A DNA stretch of 32,000 nucleotides, from contig NZ_WWFG01000002.1 in assembly GCF_026127265.1 (NCBI RefSeq), forward strand, positions 2,690,144-2,722,143, in the 5' to 3' direction. A model generated the notes under the pieces. It was given only the letters and a program-made list of their open reading frames with translations. It did no database searches and was not told the DNA's origin. Shown one piece after another: positions 9,165 to 17,930 of this stretch (the stretch's first letter is position 1; every line of letters begins with the position of its first letter). The DNA comes from Nostoc sp. KVJ3 (GTDB taxonomy: Bacteria > Cyanobacteriota > Cyanobacteriia > Cyanobacteriales > Nostocaceae). The position numbers were made by a program, and so were the translations under genes.

Positions 9165-10574
9165 CTAATTGTCTACACATACAGAAATAAGTTTGCTGTA
9201 GTATTCAATTTTTGCATAGATGCTGATAATATTATCACCGACTGCAAAAAAAGTACCTTCTTGCTCATTTTTAGAAAATTGCAAATTTGGATATTTAGCA
9301 GCAGCTTCCTCAGCAGTCATGGCTTTTGCTTCTATTTGATATGGCAATAGTCCAATACAACCAATGTAGAATACCAAAGGAGATATCCGATCTTGATAGA
9401 TATTCTCTATATGTTGTTCTAGCTGGGTATTCGCGGCTGTCAAAGCTACAACCATTTCCTCTTTGCTGATTTGCTTACCGGTTTGTTTATCCTGAAATAA
9501 CTGCGCCAAACTATCAGCACCAACTTTCTTCAGAATATCTACAACTATACCATTTTGCTCAAGCCCAAGAAAATCATCAAAAATTGGTTTCATCAACTCA
9601 TCAACTTTTGTAATCTTGGTGCGTGATGAGAGTAATCTGTGCCTTACAGCCAGATTATTGTTAAATACCATCTCAAAACTAGGCTTAATGATAATTTTTC
9701 CAGTGTTCTTGTCACAAAGACGATACATTCTATTCAAAAACTTGTTAGCAGAAGGTAACTTACTCAAGTTCAGAATATTTTGACTACCAATGTCGATTTT
9801 ATAGCTCAATCTTGAGTCAAGAGTACCATTAGCAAGAGCTTCATGGATATCTGTATATTCGTTAGTAGTAGGAAAGTTGATGTAAGTATTCTTGGAAAGA
9901 TAGTGCTTTTTAAACTCATCTAACTGTGGTGCTATAAATATATCTGATTCCTTTTTCAAGTGAGCAGAAATAATACTAGCAAGCACTTTAAGTTCTGCGA
10001 GTTGATTGAACAGTCCATCAATACTACTAAAACGACTATCAGAAGCAACAAGTGGCAAGTTATCTAGCTGGATGGAATATTCAGTATCGAAGTCAAAATA
10101 GTCTGCATCTAACACGCCTTTTTGCTTAAGCAAGTCAAAAGCTTTTTTCCTACTAATTTTGACTTGTAAGGATTTTATGTTGATCTTACCGTCACTTACA
10201 ATCGTGTAATTATTAAAAGTATTGAGGTTATTTACCAGCAAACCTGCTACCTCAAGAGTGGGGGTTTTGTCTTCAGATTTGGCAAGCTTGACTTTCCGTT
10301 TAATCAGCATATTGATAGTAGCAGTATTGCGGTTAAACTGAAACTTGCCCATATCAACATACTCAGCATTATCTATATATTCTGTTCGTAACCAAGGTTG
10401 TAGGAGTTCCCCATTTTCATCTCTCACACCTTTAACCCGTTTGATACCTGTTCTTTGATAATTTTCTTGCAGATGGTTGATATTGACGATGATATTGTGG
10501 CGATATTCTGCAAGAATTTGGATGAGTTCTAGCAGAGAAATTTGATTATTTTTCATAGTTGTCATAATTCTCAT
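9165..10574 (-). CDS. AT-rich orphan protein of unknown function (469 aa; start may be one of three ATGs in MRIMTTM)
   Basis: The ORF is long and uninterrupted despite low G+C. My 60-nt spot counts gave 30% (9181..9240) and 37% (10021..10080), against 42% in the adjacent mprF-like gene (11041..11100). There is no TM segment or signal peptide, and I recognised no catalytic motif. A TATAAT-like box and AGAGGA lie upstream on the minus strand. Confidence 0.7.
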   Translation of the reverse strand: MRIMTTMKNNQISLLELIQILAEYRHNIIVNINHLQENYQRTGIKRVKGVRDENGELLQPWLRTEYIDNAEYVDMGKFQFNRNTATINMLIKRKVKLAKSEDKTPTLEVAGLLVNNLNTFNNYTIVSDGKINIKSLQVKISRKKAFDLLKQKGVLDADYFDFDTEYSIQLDNLPLVASDSRFSSIDGLFNQLAELKVLASIISAHLKKESDIFIAPQLDEFKKHYLSKNTYINFPTTNEYTDIHEALANGTLDSRLSYKIDIGSQNILNLSKLPSANKFLNRMYRLCDKNTGKIIIKPSFEMVFNNNLAVRHRLLSSRTKITKVDELMKPIFDDFLGLEQNGIVVDILKKVGADSLAQLFQDKQTGKQISKEEMVVALTAANTQLEQHIENIYQDRISPLVFYIGCIGLLPYQIEAKAMTAEEAAAKYPNLQFSKNEQEGTFFAVGDNIISIYAKIEYYSKLISVCVDN

Positions 10575-10680
10575 TGCATCCTCTATAGTACAATTATACT
10601 ATATAAATCCAAGTTGTGCAGGGGTAGTCCGTCGTAGACATTACCCCTGCATTGAAGTGTTTAGTCGCAATGATAGGTGT

Positions 10681-10830
10681 GTATGCAAAAATATTTATGT
10701 CATTACGAGCGGAATGAAATGTAGCAAAGCATAAGTCCTTCGGACACGCTTCGCGAACGCAAGGTCTTGGGATTGCTTCATTCCGCTTTGCTCCATTCGC
10801 AATGACAAATGTATATTTATTTTTGCATTA
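10681..10830. repeat. nested small dispersed repeat (SDR/MITE-like) element
   Basis: The outer inverted repeat is GTATGCAAAAATATTTATGTCATT...AATGACAAATGTATATTTATTTTTGCAT. The inner arms are GTCATTACGAGCGGAATGAAATGTAGC...CATTCGCAATGAC. The core is AAGCATAAGTCCTTCGGACACGCTTCGCGAACGC, which also occurs at 16441.. and 23028... Confidence 0.85.
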
Positions 10831-10903
10831 CTACTTATTGTGTAATTGGTTGTCTTTTGACTCAGTACGCGCTAAATGCGCCGCTATGTATGTACAGCAA
10901 TCA

Positions 10904-12574
10904 TCATGCTCCGGGTTTGAAATAATCAAAAAGGCGATCGCCAGAATCAGCGCGAATCAATGCTACAACTACATCTGGTAAAGCAGCAAAACTGGGATAA
11001 ACTAAATAACGTGGTTCCCAAGAGGGACGGAACTTCTCTTTGTAGGCGTGCAGTCCCTTGAAATTGTAGAAGCGATTCAAATGTCTGTAAAGATAGTGCA
11101 ATACTTTCTCTAATCGGCGTGCTTCTGGGTTGTCTCCAACTCCCGCCAGTGCAGAAAGACCGAAATTAAAGCTGTCGTAACCACACTCTTTAAAATGCTG
11201 AAGCAGGGAAATAAATAGAAAGTCCATCGTCCCATTTTCTAGAGATGAACGATGTCGCATCATGTCAATGGTTGCTTCGTTAAGTTGGTACTCCCGAAGA
11301 ATATTGGCAAAGGCGCTGATGTTACCTTCGGGAGTATGCACCACAGCAATCTCGCACTCTCGCAGATAAGCTTCGTCAAACCAACCCAAAGAAAATTGTT
11401 TTTCCGAACCTTGTACCATCTTTAGCCATTCATCACTCACAGGTTTGAGGAGGTGCAATAAATCATTGGTGATGGGTGGTTGGTAAAACTCGATTTGGTA
11501 TCCTAGCTTAGTTAAACGATTGATTGATGGTCTAAAGTTTTTACCGGCTTTACCTTGTAAGGTAAAACTTTTCAAGTCAACGATCGCTTCTTCGCCAATC
11601 TTGAGTACCTTAAATCCCAATGACTTGTAAAGCGGAATATCATCGGGCAAAGTTTGATAAAAACCAGGATACCAGTCATTGCGCTGGCAAAACTGCTGGA
11701 AAGCAATAATTGTCTCCTTGCGGTCTTCAATCGGGCCGATGGGATCTCCTAATGCGATCGCACCCCTTCCTTTGGGAACATAAGCAATTACACTCTTACC
11801 AGTAGGACTAAAATAATAACTCTTGTCATTTAAGAGTGCGATCGCTGCTAAAGAAGAACATCCATATTGCTCGACAATTTCTCTAGCTCTTTTTCGCTCA
11901 TTTGGCGTTGCTAGATTACGCCAAAACACAGGTTGCAATAGCATTATTATTGCATAAGTAATAGTAACTGCCGCAATAATATAGATAGAATTAGCAAAGA
12001 AATCTCCAAATTTTGTCTTGGGTTGCAGTCCCCAATTATCTTCTGTGAAGAACATCGCTAAAGTCTGAAGTATAGCTTCACGCCAATTAAAATTTTCCGA
12101 AAATTTGCCGTCTAACAAATAAAAGCCAATAGTTCCGTATGCTAGAGTAAATAGTAAAGCACCTATCAGCACTCTAACTCCCCGTGCAATTGAAGGACGG
12201 TCTGATCGCGCTGTGAAAAGATGGCGCATCAAGACTAATTGCACTAGCAAAACTCCAGAGAGGAGACTCTCTTCATAGTCCAGTCCCTTGAACAAGTGGC
12301 TGAAAATGGAAATCACTAGCAAGCTAGTGGTTAGTAACCAGGCTATTCTTTTTCGCCGTAATAAGTTAGTAGCAAGTGTAAGTAAAACAAACCCAGTTAG
12401 GGCTGCAAATATATGGCCGCTGAGACGAATTTCAAAAGGTAAAAATCCCTTCAACCAGTGATTTCGCCCATACAGGGTAGGTGTCACTGCTGACAACAAA
12501 TTTACTACTCCGACTAAACCTGTAAGGAAAGCTACACTCCAAAGTCCAATCTGAGTTTTTAAATTATTAGTCAT
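10904..12574 (-). CDS. MprF-like aminoacyl-phosphatidylglycerol synthase (N-terminal TM segments plus C-terminal LPG-synthase/DUF2156-type domain)
   Basis: 556 aa. The N-terminal ~220 aa contain multiple hydrophobic helices. The C-terminal domain carries family-typical stretches: QFSLGWFDEAYL, AFANIL, MDFLFISLLQHFKECGYDSFNFGLSALAGVG, FYNFKGLHAYKEKFRPSWEPRYLVY. Confidence 0.85.
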   Translation of the reverse strand: MTNNLKTQIGLWSVAFLTGLVGVVNLLSAVTPTLYGRNHWLKGFLPFEIRLSGHIFAALTGFVLLTLATNLLRRKRIAWLLTTSLLVISIFSHLFKGLDYEESLLSGVLLVQLVLMRHLFTARSDRPSIARGVRVLIGALLFTLAYGTIGFYLLDGKFSENFNWREAILQTLAMFFTEDNWGLQPKTKFGDFFANSIYIIAAVTITYAIIMLLQPVFWRNLATPNERKRAREIVEQYGCSSLAAIALLNDKSYYFSPTGKSVIAYVPKGRGAIALGDPIGPIEDRKETIIAFQQFCQRNDWYPGFYQTLPDDIPLYKSLGFKVLKIGEEAIVDLKSFTLQGKAGKNFRPSINRLTKLGYQIEFYQPPITNDLLHLLKPVSDEWLKMVQGSEKQFSLGWFDEAYLRECEIAVVHTPEGNISAFANILREYQLNEATIDMMRHRSSLENGTMDFLFISLLQHFKECGYDSFNFGLSALAGVGDNPEARRLEKVLHYLYRHLNRFYNFKGLHAYKEKFRPSWEPRYLVYPSFAALPDVVVALIRADSGDRLFDYFKPGA

Positions 12575-12939
12575 TAGTCTAAAAGTATTAATTAGAAGTT
12601 AGGAGAGACGCGATTCATCGCGTCTTTTAGGAGTGAAAAATATTGAAGAAGAAATCAGAATTCAGGAGTCATAATCTCCTAACTCCTGAATTCTGTTTTG
12701 AGAAATAAACCAGTTTTATCGGTTAGGTTCCTTATACATAAAAAAACTTTAATGTTTTGAATTTTATCCATAACACCTTAATTTTAATGCCTCATAGCAA
12801 TTTTTTATTAAACTACACAATATCAGGCTTGGTAAGACTTGGGATTGAAGCCCATTGTTTTATGCAACTTCATTAGCTAATTGGTATTAGCAACAGAAGA
12901 GCAGTAAAACCTGAATTTTCAAATTTTAACTCCTAACCC

Positions 12940-13848
12940 CTAACTTTTAACTCCTAACTTTTTAAATTGTTCCCCTACGTAGGAAAGCGAATCTTTAAGA
13001 TGCTTGTGGAAGTAGTTCCAGCCTACATTTGCACCAGACAAACCATGACCGCCTGGAAAGGCATAAAAGACGTGAGCAATGCCTAATTTATTTAAGGTTT
13101 CGTTGAAGGCTTTGGTAGAAGCAAGCAAATTAGTGTCGTTCAGACCTGCATCCAGGTAAACACGCAATTGCTTTCTATCTTCAGGTGGTAGCTGTTGCAC
13201 GATTTGTTGGGGACTATTTTGTGAACCGCTATTATCGGTAAAGTAACCGCTATGGCTAAAGAGAATGTGGAAGTTGTTTAGATAGCGTAACCCAATATTA
13301 AATGCTCCCCATCCCCCAGAAGACAGACCTCCCAGCGCCCAAAACTGGGGTTCTTCTAAAGTGCGATAGCGTGACTTGACAACTTGCACTAATTCTGAGC
13401 CAATCAAAGTCCCTATTTTGCCATTGGGCCCATCAAAGTAATCGGGGTCGTATAAAGGACTGGAACCGCGATTATCATTACCATCAGGTGTAATCACAAT
13501 CGATGGTGGTAATTTTCCACTTTGATAAAGTTCATGCAGTATGTCTAGGACTGCATATTTATCAGCATAAGCGCGGGCATCATCATGACCACCGTGTAGT
13601 AAGAAGATTACAGGATAGCGCTTTTGCTTATTTTTATAATAATTAGGCGGCAAAATCACACCGTAGTTGCGGACTGTACCCATCGCTTGGGAGTTGAAGG
13701 TGGCTAATTGAAGTTTTAGCCCAGTATCTGCCTTTTTTTTGGGTGGGTCTAGTTGGGGAGCGCCTAAGATGAATACATAATAATAACCAGCAGTAGTGAG
13801 GAGTGCGATCGCACCGACCAAACTAATTAAAAATTTAGAAATCTTCAT
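12940..13848 (-). CDS. exported alpha/beta-hydrolase, putative esterase family (paralog 1)
   Basis: N-terminal signal anchor MKISKFLISLVGAIALLTTAG. Motifs YPVIFLLHGGHDD, the nucleophile elbow GGLSSGGWGA (G-x-S-x-G), FSHSGYF, and PGGHGL near the C-terminus. It aligns along its full length with the next gene. Confidence 0.8.
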   Translation of the reverse strand: MKISKFLISLVGAIALLTTAGYYYVFILGAPQLDPPKKKADTGLKLQLATFNSQAMGTVRNYGVILPPNYYKNKQKRYPVIFLLHGGHDDARAYADKYAVLDILHELYQSGKLPPSIVITPDGNDNRGSSPLYDPDYFDGPNGKIGTLIGSELVQVVKSRYRTLEEPQFWALGGLSSGGWGAFNIGLRYLNNFHILFSHSGYFTDNSGSQNSPQQIVQQLPPEDRKQLRVYLDAGLNDTNLLASTKAFNETLNKLGIAHVFYAFPGGHGLSGANVGWNYFHKHLKDSLSYVGEQFKKLGVKS

Positions 13849-13986
13849 ATTTATTTAGGGTTGAAAAAAAATCACCTCCATTAGAACTTACTATAGTTAA
13901 TCTGCTGAAAAATGGCAGCAGAGTTTTCCGCATTGATGTTTAAATATCAATGTTTAGCAAAATAGAATTATCTCTACTGGTAATTG

Positions 13987-14967
13987 CTAATAATTTTGAG
14001 TATTTTTATTATTAATCCCTAAATTAGTAGATGTGTGTTTATGTGCTATTTCAGCAGATTTAAATTGTTCGCCTACAAACGTCAAAGAATCAGCTAAATG
14101 TTCCCGCCAGTATTGCCAAGTATGACTACCAGGAAACTGACGAAACGAACTATAAACTTTGAGATTATTTAGTACTTTAGAAAAGTTTTTGGCTGCGTCG
14201 ATTTCTTCAATATCTGATGTCCCAGAATCTAGGTAGATTCGCAACCTTTTTTTAGCTGGTGTGGGAATGCTTTTGATATAAGTTATTGGGCTATTTATCG
14301 GGCCACTTTTATCATAAAAATAACCACTATGACTAAATAAAATTGAGAAATGACTTAAGTTATGTAATCCCACATTCATTGCCCCCCAACCACCAGAAGA
14401 TAAACCACCCATAGCCCAAAAATCTGGATTTGCCAGTGTCCGATAACGGCTTTGGACAACTTTTACTAACTCATTACCCACGGCTGTGGAGACTTTACCA
14501 TTAGGGCCATCAATATATTGAGGATCCCAGTAAGGACTAGAGCCACGTTTATCATTGCCATCTGGTGTGATAATGATACTAGGTGGTAACTTACCTGTAG
14601 CATAAAGTTGTTCCACAGTCTTGAGAGCTTGTCCCTTGCCCTGAATAAACCAATCATTGGGTGTACCATGTCCGCCGTGAAGCAGAAAGATTACAGGATA
14701 GCTTTGTTTTGGGTGTTGCTCATAGCTAGGGGGTAAAGAAACGCCATAAGTGCGACTTGCACCCATTGCTTTACTCTCGTAGGTTTCAATTTTGTAGGTT
14801 AGGTGAGTAGGTGAGTCAACAGTATTAGACTGGGTTGGAGGTAGGGAAGGGGTTGTTGGTAAATCCTGTTGTTGGGGTGGGTTTGCTACGACATTTTGGG
14901 ATAAATTACAGCCAACTAGAGTTAACACTGAAACTAGCAAAAGAATTTTTGATTGTTTGTAGTTCAT
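13987..14967 (-). CDS. exported alpha/beta-hydrolase, putative esterase family (paralog 2), probable lipoprotein
   Basis: The likely start is MNYKQSKILLLVSVLTLVGC, which has an L-V-G-C lipobox. The ORF track extends to 15006. Motifs YPVIFLLHGGHG, GGLSSGGWGA, FSHSGYF, PGSHTW. Confidence 0.8.
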   Translation of the reverse strand: MNYKQSKILLLVSVLTLVGCNLSQNVVANPPQQQDLPTTPSLPPTQSNTVDSPTHLTYKIETYESKAMGASRTYGVSLPPSYEQHPKQSYPVIFLLHGGHGTPNDWFIQGKGQALKTVEQLYATGKLPPSIIITPDGNDKRGSSPYWDPQYIDGPNGKVSTAVGNELVKVVQSRYRTLANPDFWAMGGLSSGGWGAMNVGLHNLSHFSILFSHSGYFYDKSGPINSPITYIKSIPTPAKKRLRIYLDSGTSDIEEIDAAKNFSKVLNNLKVYSSFRQFPGSHTWQYWREHLADSLTFVGEQFKSAEIAHKHTSTNLGINNKNTQNY

Positions 14968-15190
14968 TTTAAAGGGCATTGGGCAGTCGGTGCTGGCAGA
15001 CATCAAGTTTATGCAAGTAATTTGTCAATGTTGTGTCAACAGGATGGAAACTTTACGACTTATTGTAAGTTAAAAGTGAAATTGACGATTTTTGATTTGT
15101 TCTGCCCATTAGGTACGAGGCATAAACTAGTACAGTGCGGCGGAAATAAACTACCCATTCCAAATCAATGAAACCCTCATGCTGTATTCG

Positions 15191-15220
15191 TTTTTAATTT
15201 TTAATTTTTAATTTTTAATT
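15191..15220. repeat. heptamer tandem repeat (TTTTTAA x4), STRR-like
   Basis: Direct reading of the sequence gives tttttaa tttttaa tttttaa tttttaa tt. Confidence 0.9.
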
Positions 15221-15274
15221 CCGCTCTGCGGTACTAGGCTGTTAACTTTGATGAAATTTAGGTTTTTTAGTTAA

Positions 15275-15357
15275 TGCTATTTTTGTGTCATTGCGAGCGG
15301 AGTGAAGCAATCGCCTGGGATTGCAACGCTTTGCTCGCAATGACATATATTTTGCAT
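15275..15357. repeat. SDR/MITE-like hairpin element
   Basis: ATGCTATTTTTGTGTCATTGCGAGCGGAGTGAAGCAATC...TTGCTCGCAATGACATATATTTTGCAT. It belongs to the same family as 10681.., 17931.. and 23237... Confidence 0.8.
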
Positions 15358-15458
15358 GACTTTTTAACTGATAAAAAGGCAAAGAGTCAACAGCCTAGGC
15401 ATAAGCTAAAAAAAATCTAAAATTGGCACAGTCAAGAGTTAGGATAAATTTATTCACG

Positions 15459-16391
15459 ATGCTTAAAAAGCTACAACTCAATTTCAGTACACTGTTCGGC
15501 TTGTCGCTGCTGGTGCTTTCCGTGTGGGCGATCGCTAACGAACTGCAAGAGTATAATTATCGTGACATCCTCAACTCTTTAACTGCTATTCCCAAAAGTC
15601 GCTTAAGCTGGGCAATTTGGCTGACAGCCTTGGGCTATCTAGTGATGATTGGGTACGATATTTTGGGTTTTAGTTACATTAATCGTTCCCTAAGTTGGAA
15701 CAAGATTGCTTTAACCAGCTTTATTAGCTCTGCCTTTAGTAATACTATCGGTTTTGCCTTATTGACTGGTAGTGCTATCCGTTATCGATTTTACTCCAGT
15801 TGGGGAGTGTCAGCAGTTGCGATCGCTCAAGTAATTGCTTTCGCTAATTTTACTTTTTGGTTGGGGATGTTTGCCGTTGCAGGTTGCTTATTCCTCATCA
15901 ATCCCCTCAAAATTCCTACTCAACTACATTTACCTTTTGCCACTGTGCGTCCCATTGGGATAATTTTTCTGCTATTGGTTGCTGGTTATTTGGTAGGAAG
16001 TATTTTTATTAAGCAACCATTAATAATTCGGGGACAAGAATTTCGATTTCCTACTTTTAAGATATCCCTTGTCCAAATAGCAATTTCTGGTCTTGATTGG
16101 ATTTTGGCAGCAGCAGTTCTTTATCCTCTGCTTCCCGGTAATATATCTTTGTCCTATCTGGACTTTTTGGGAATCTACTTACTAGCGATGTTTGCAGGTG
16201 TTGTTAGTAATGTCCCTGGTGGTTTGGGAGTATTTGAAACTGTAATTTTGCTGATTCTCTCATCTAAAATTTCGGCGGCAGCAATTTTAGGGTCAATGCT
16301 GGCTTATCGAGGAGTCTATTATTTTTTACCTTTGCTAGTAGCAGCTGGGTTATTAGGAATTTATGAAATTAGATTTAGAGCCAGTAAGTAA
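15459..16391 (+). CDS. lysylphosphatidylglycerol-synthase TM-region (UPF0104 / flippase-like) family membrane protein
   Basis: A polytopic membrane protein with about 8 hydrophobic helices. The N-terminus (LFGLSLLVLSVWAIANELQEYNY) and the SNVPGGLGVFE motif are typical of this family. I prefer the ATG at 15459 (MLKKLQ); the ORF-track TTG start is at 15423. Confidence 0.7.
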   Translation: MLKKLQLNFSTLFGLSLLVLSVWAIANELQEYNYRDILNSLTAIPKSRLSWAIWLTALGYLVMIGYDILGFSYINRSLSWNKIALTSFISSAFSNTIGFALLTGSAIRYRFYSSWGVSAVAIAQVIAFANFTFWLGMFAVAGCLFLINPLKIPTQLHLPFATVRPIGIIFLLLVAGYLVGSIFIKQPLIIRGQEFRFPTFKISLVQIAISGLDWILAAAVLYPLLPGNISLSYLDFLGIYLLAMFAGVVSNVPGGLGVFETVILLILSSKISAAAILGSMLAYRGVYYFLPLLVAAGLLGIYEIRFRASK

Positions 16392-16414
16392 GTCAGCGTG
16401 AAAATTTCAATGTA

Positions 16415-16495
16415 TGTCATTGCGAATGTAACGAAGTGGAATGAAGCATAAGTCCTTCGGACACGCTTCGCGAACACAAAGGTCTTGTAGATTTT
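16415..16495. repeat. one-armed SDR fragment
   Basis: TGTCATTGCGAATGTAACGAAGTGGAATGAAGCATAAGTCCTTCGGACACGCTTCGCGAACAC, with no matching right arm. Confidence 0.75.
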
Positions 16496-16597
16496 ACATT
16501 CTGTTACATGGTAAGGTCTATTTATACCGACTTACTTAATTTAAAAATATCAATAATAAACGCTGAAGTCCAGTTTCAGTATAACTACGAACAGTTA

Positions 16598-16645
16598 GAT
16601 CCCCGACTTGTTTAAGAAGTCGGGGATCTAAGATTTTTGTTTATT
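16598..16645 (+). terminator. Rho-independent-terminator-like hairpin (Nostoc-type GATCCCCGACTT hairpin)
   Basis: GATCCCCGACTT (16598..16609) pairs with AAGTCGGGGATC (16617..16628) to give a 12-bp stem. TAAGATTTTTGTTTATTTT follows. It lies downstream of the 15459..16391 gene. Confidence 0.55.
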
Positions 16646-16811
16646 TTAAATACGATATCTTCACAAATAGCGCATGAAAAGTCCTAATTTTTGCTGAGGC
16701 GATCGCTAATTCAACTCTATAACAATAGTAACAGTTAGTTGGAAGTTTTGAATTAGATTTCCATAAATCATCATCAAAGTTCCGTTTTACTATTTGAGGA
16801 TAGAAAGAATC

Positions 16812-17201
16812 ATGAAAAATAAAGTATTGTTTGGTGCTATATTTCTGACAACTTGGGTAGGAACATTAATTCCCGGTGCTTTAGCTGCCTCACCCTGTTC
16901 TGTAGGACAAAAGGCTGAGGTTCTTTGGAAGGAAAAATGGTATCCAGCAACGGTACTTAAGGTTAAGAATGATAATTGCTATATTACTTATGAAGGTTAT
17001 AGTAGTTCCTGGAATGAATGGGTTGGCACTGAACGCTTTCGGGCATCATTTGGAGTTGGAGATGCAGTGAGAATTTTGTGGAAAGGGAAATGGTATAAAG
17101 GGCAGGTTTTAGAAGTTAATAACGATCTTTATAAAATTACTTATGATGGCTACGATAGCTCTTGGGATGAGTGGGTTGAACCTTCTAGAGTAAGTAGATA
17201 G
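16812..17201 (+). CDS. secreted protein with two tandem Tudor/Agenet/SH3-like beta-barrel repeats
   Basis: The ATG at 16812 is preceded by GAGGA. Signal peptide MKNKVLFGAIFLTTWVGTLIPGALA/AS. The two units are GQKAEVLWKEKWYPATVLKVKNDNCYITYEGYSSSWNEWVGTERF and GDAVRILWKGKWYKGQVLEVNNDLYKITYDGYDSSWDEWVEPSRV. Confidence 0.75.
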   Translation: MKNKVLFGAIFLTTWVGTLIPGALAASPCSVGQKAEVLWKEKWYPATVLKVKNDNCYITYEGYSSSWNEWVGTERFRASFGVGDAVRILWKGKWYKGQVLEVNNDLYKITYDGYDSSWDEWVEPSRVSR

Positions 17202-17278
17202 AGAATATTTCGGTTTTATAAATTTAAGTTTAATACCAATTCTGTATGAAGATGCACATAATAATACCCCCCTGTAGT

Positions 17279-17463
17279 CCCCCCTTGGCAAGCTATGGTG
17301 TACACACAAGTCGAATCACCCCCCTTAATCCCCCCGATATATTGGGGGGAAACAAGAAATCTAGTTCCCTCCCCTTTATAAGGGGAGGGTTAGGGTGGGG
17401 TAAAGCCTCGGTTAATCAGCTATTTCAGACTTGTGTATACACCGTAGCCGATGCCTTGGGGGG
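17279..17463. mobile_element. MITE-like element (~185 bp) with ~35-bp imperfect terminal inverted repeats
   Basis: The left end is CCCCCCTTGGCAAGCTATGGTGTACACACAAGTC. The right end is GACTTGTGTATACACCGTAGCCGATGCCTTGGGGGG. Internally there is a CTCCCCTTTATAAGGGGAG hairpin and GGGTTAGGGTGGGG. It has no coding capacity, and the 75-aa ORF across it is an artefact. Confidence 0.7.
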
Positions 17464-17516
17464 ACGGCGATAGCCGGGGGGTGAATTATATGCAGCTTCA
17501 CAAATAAATGGTATAA

Positions 17517-17553
17517 GGGACGATTTCACTTGTTGGAGTCGTCCCTTAATTTT
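17517..17553 (+). terminator. hairpin plus T-tract (possible terminator of the 16812..17201 transcript, downstream of the MITE)
   Basis: GGGACGA (17517..17523) pairs with TCGTCCC (17539..17545), followed by TTAATTTTT. Confidence 0.4.
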
Positions 17554-17809
17554 TGAGATGTCAATTCTGTTTGAGTTGTAAGGAGTGAACTACTCCGCCG
17601 TAAGACGGACGGAGCTTCCCAATTCATCGGGAACTGCCTCAAAAACTCCATAGTTCTATTGGTCTGACATTCCCTCCAAGGGCAGGAGTCCTGGTTCCCA
17701 AGACCCAAATCTTTTTCTTGCAACATATACCTATTAGCTTGGTTTTCGCTTATGGCATTGATGGTCAAGACCAAATAATTCTATCAGAAAATTCTGGCGA
17801 TTCGTCATA

Positions 17810-17853
17810 CATCTGATATTTGTTTTTGCAAGAGCAAAAACAAATATCAGATG
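17810..17853. repeat. perfect 20-bp-stem hairpin
   Basis: CATCTGATATTTGTTTTTGC - AAGA - GCAAAAACAAATATCAGATG. Confidence 0.9.
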
Positions 17854-17930
17854 CAATCCTTATCCCCCGCTCCCTATCCCCACCTTATGAGTACATTGAA
17901 GGTGGGGACTTCCGCGACACGTTAAGTACG

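Noticed and set aside
14953-15171. 72-aa ORF in the esterase / LPG-TM divergent spacer, and 14466..14669 inside esterase 2
   Set aside because: They have no motifs and overlap the 5' end or an alternative frame of a supported gene.
17246-17473. 75-aa ORF (PPCSPPLASYGVH...GGLGWGK)
   Set aside because: It is read straight through the MITE with terminal inverted repeats. The Pro/Gly-rich translation is typical of this repeat.
17560-17640. Group II intron domain V/VI or SRP/RNase P-like RNA
   Set aside because: The CTCCGCCG..CGGACGGAG stem lacks the GNRA loop and the 2-nt 3' bulge geometry of domain V. I found no conserved RNase P, SRP or tmRNA sequence blocks.
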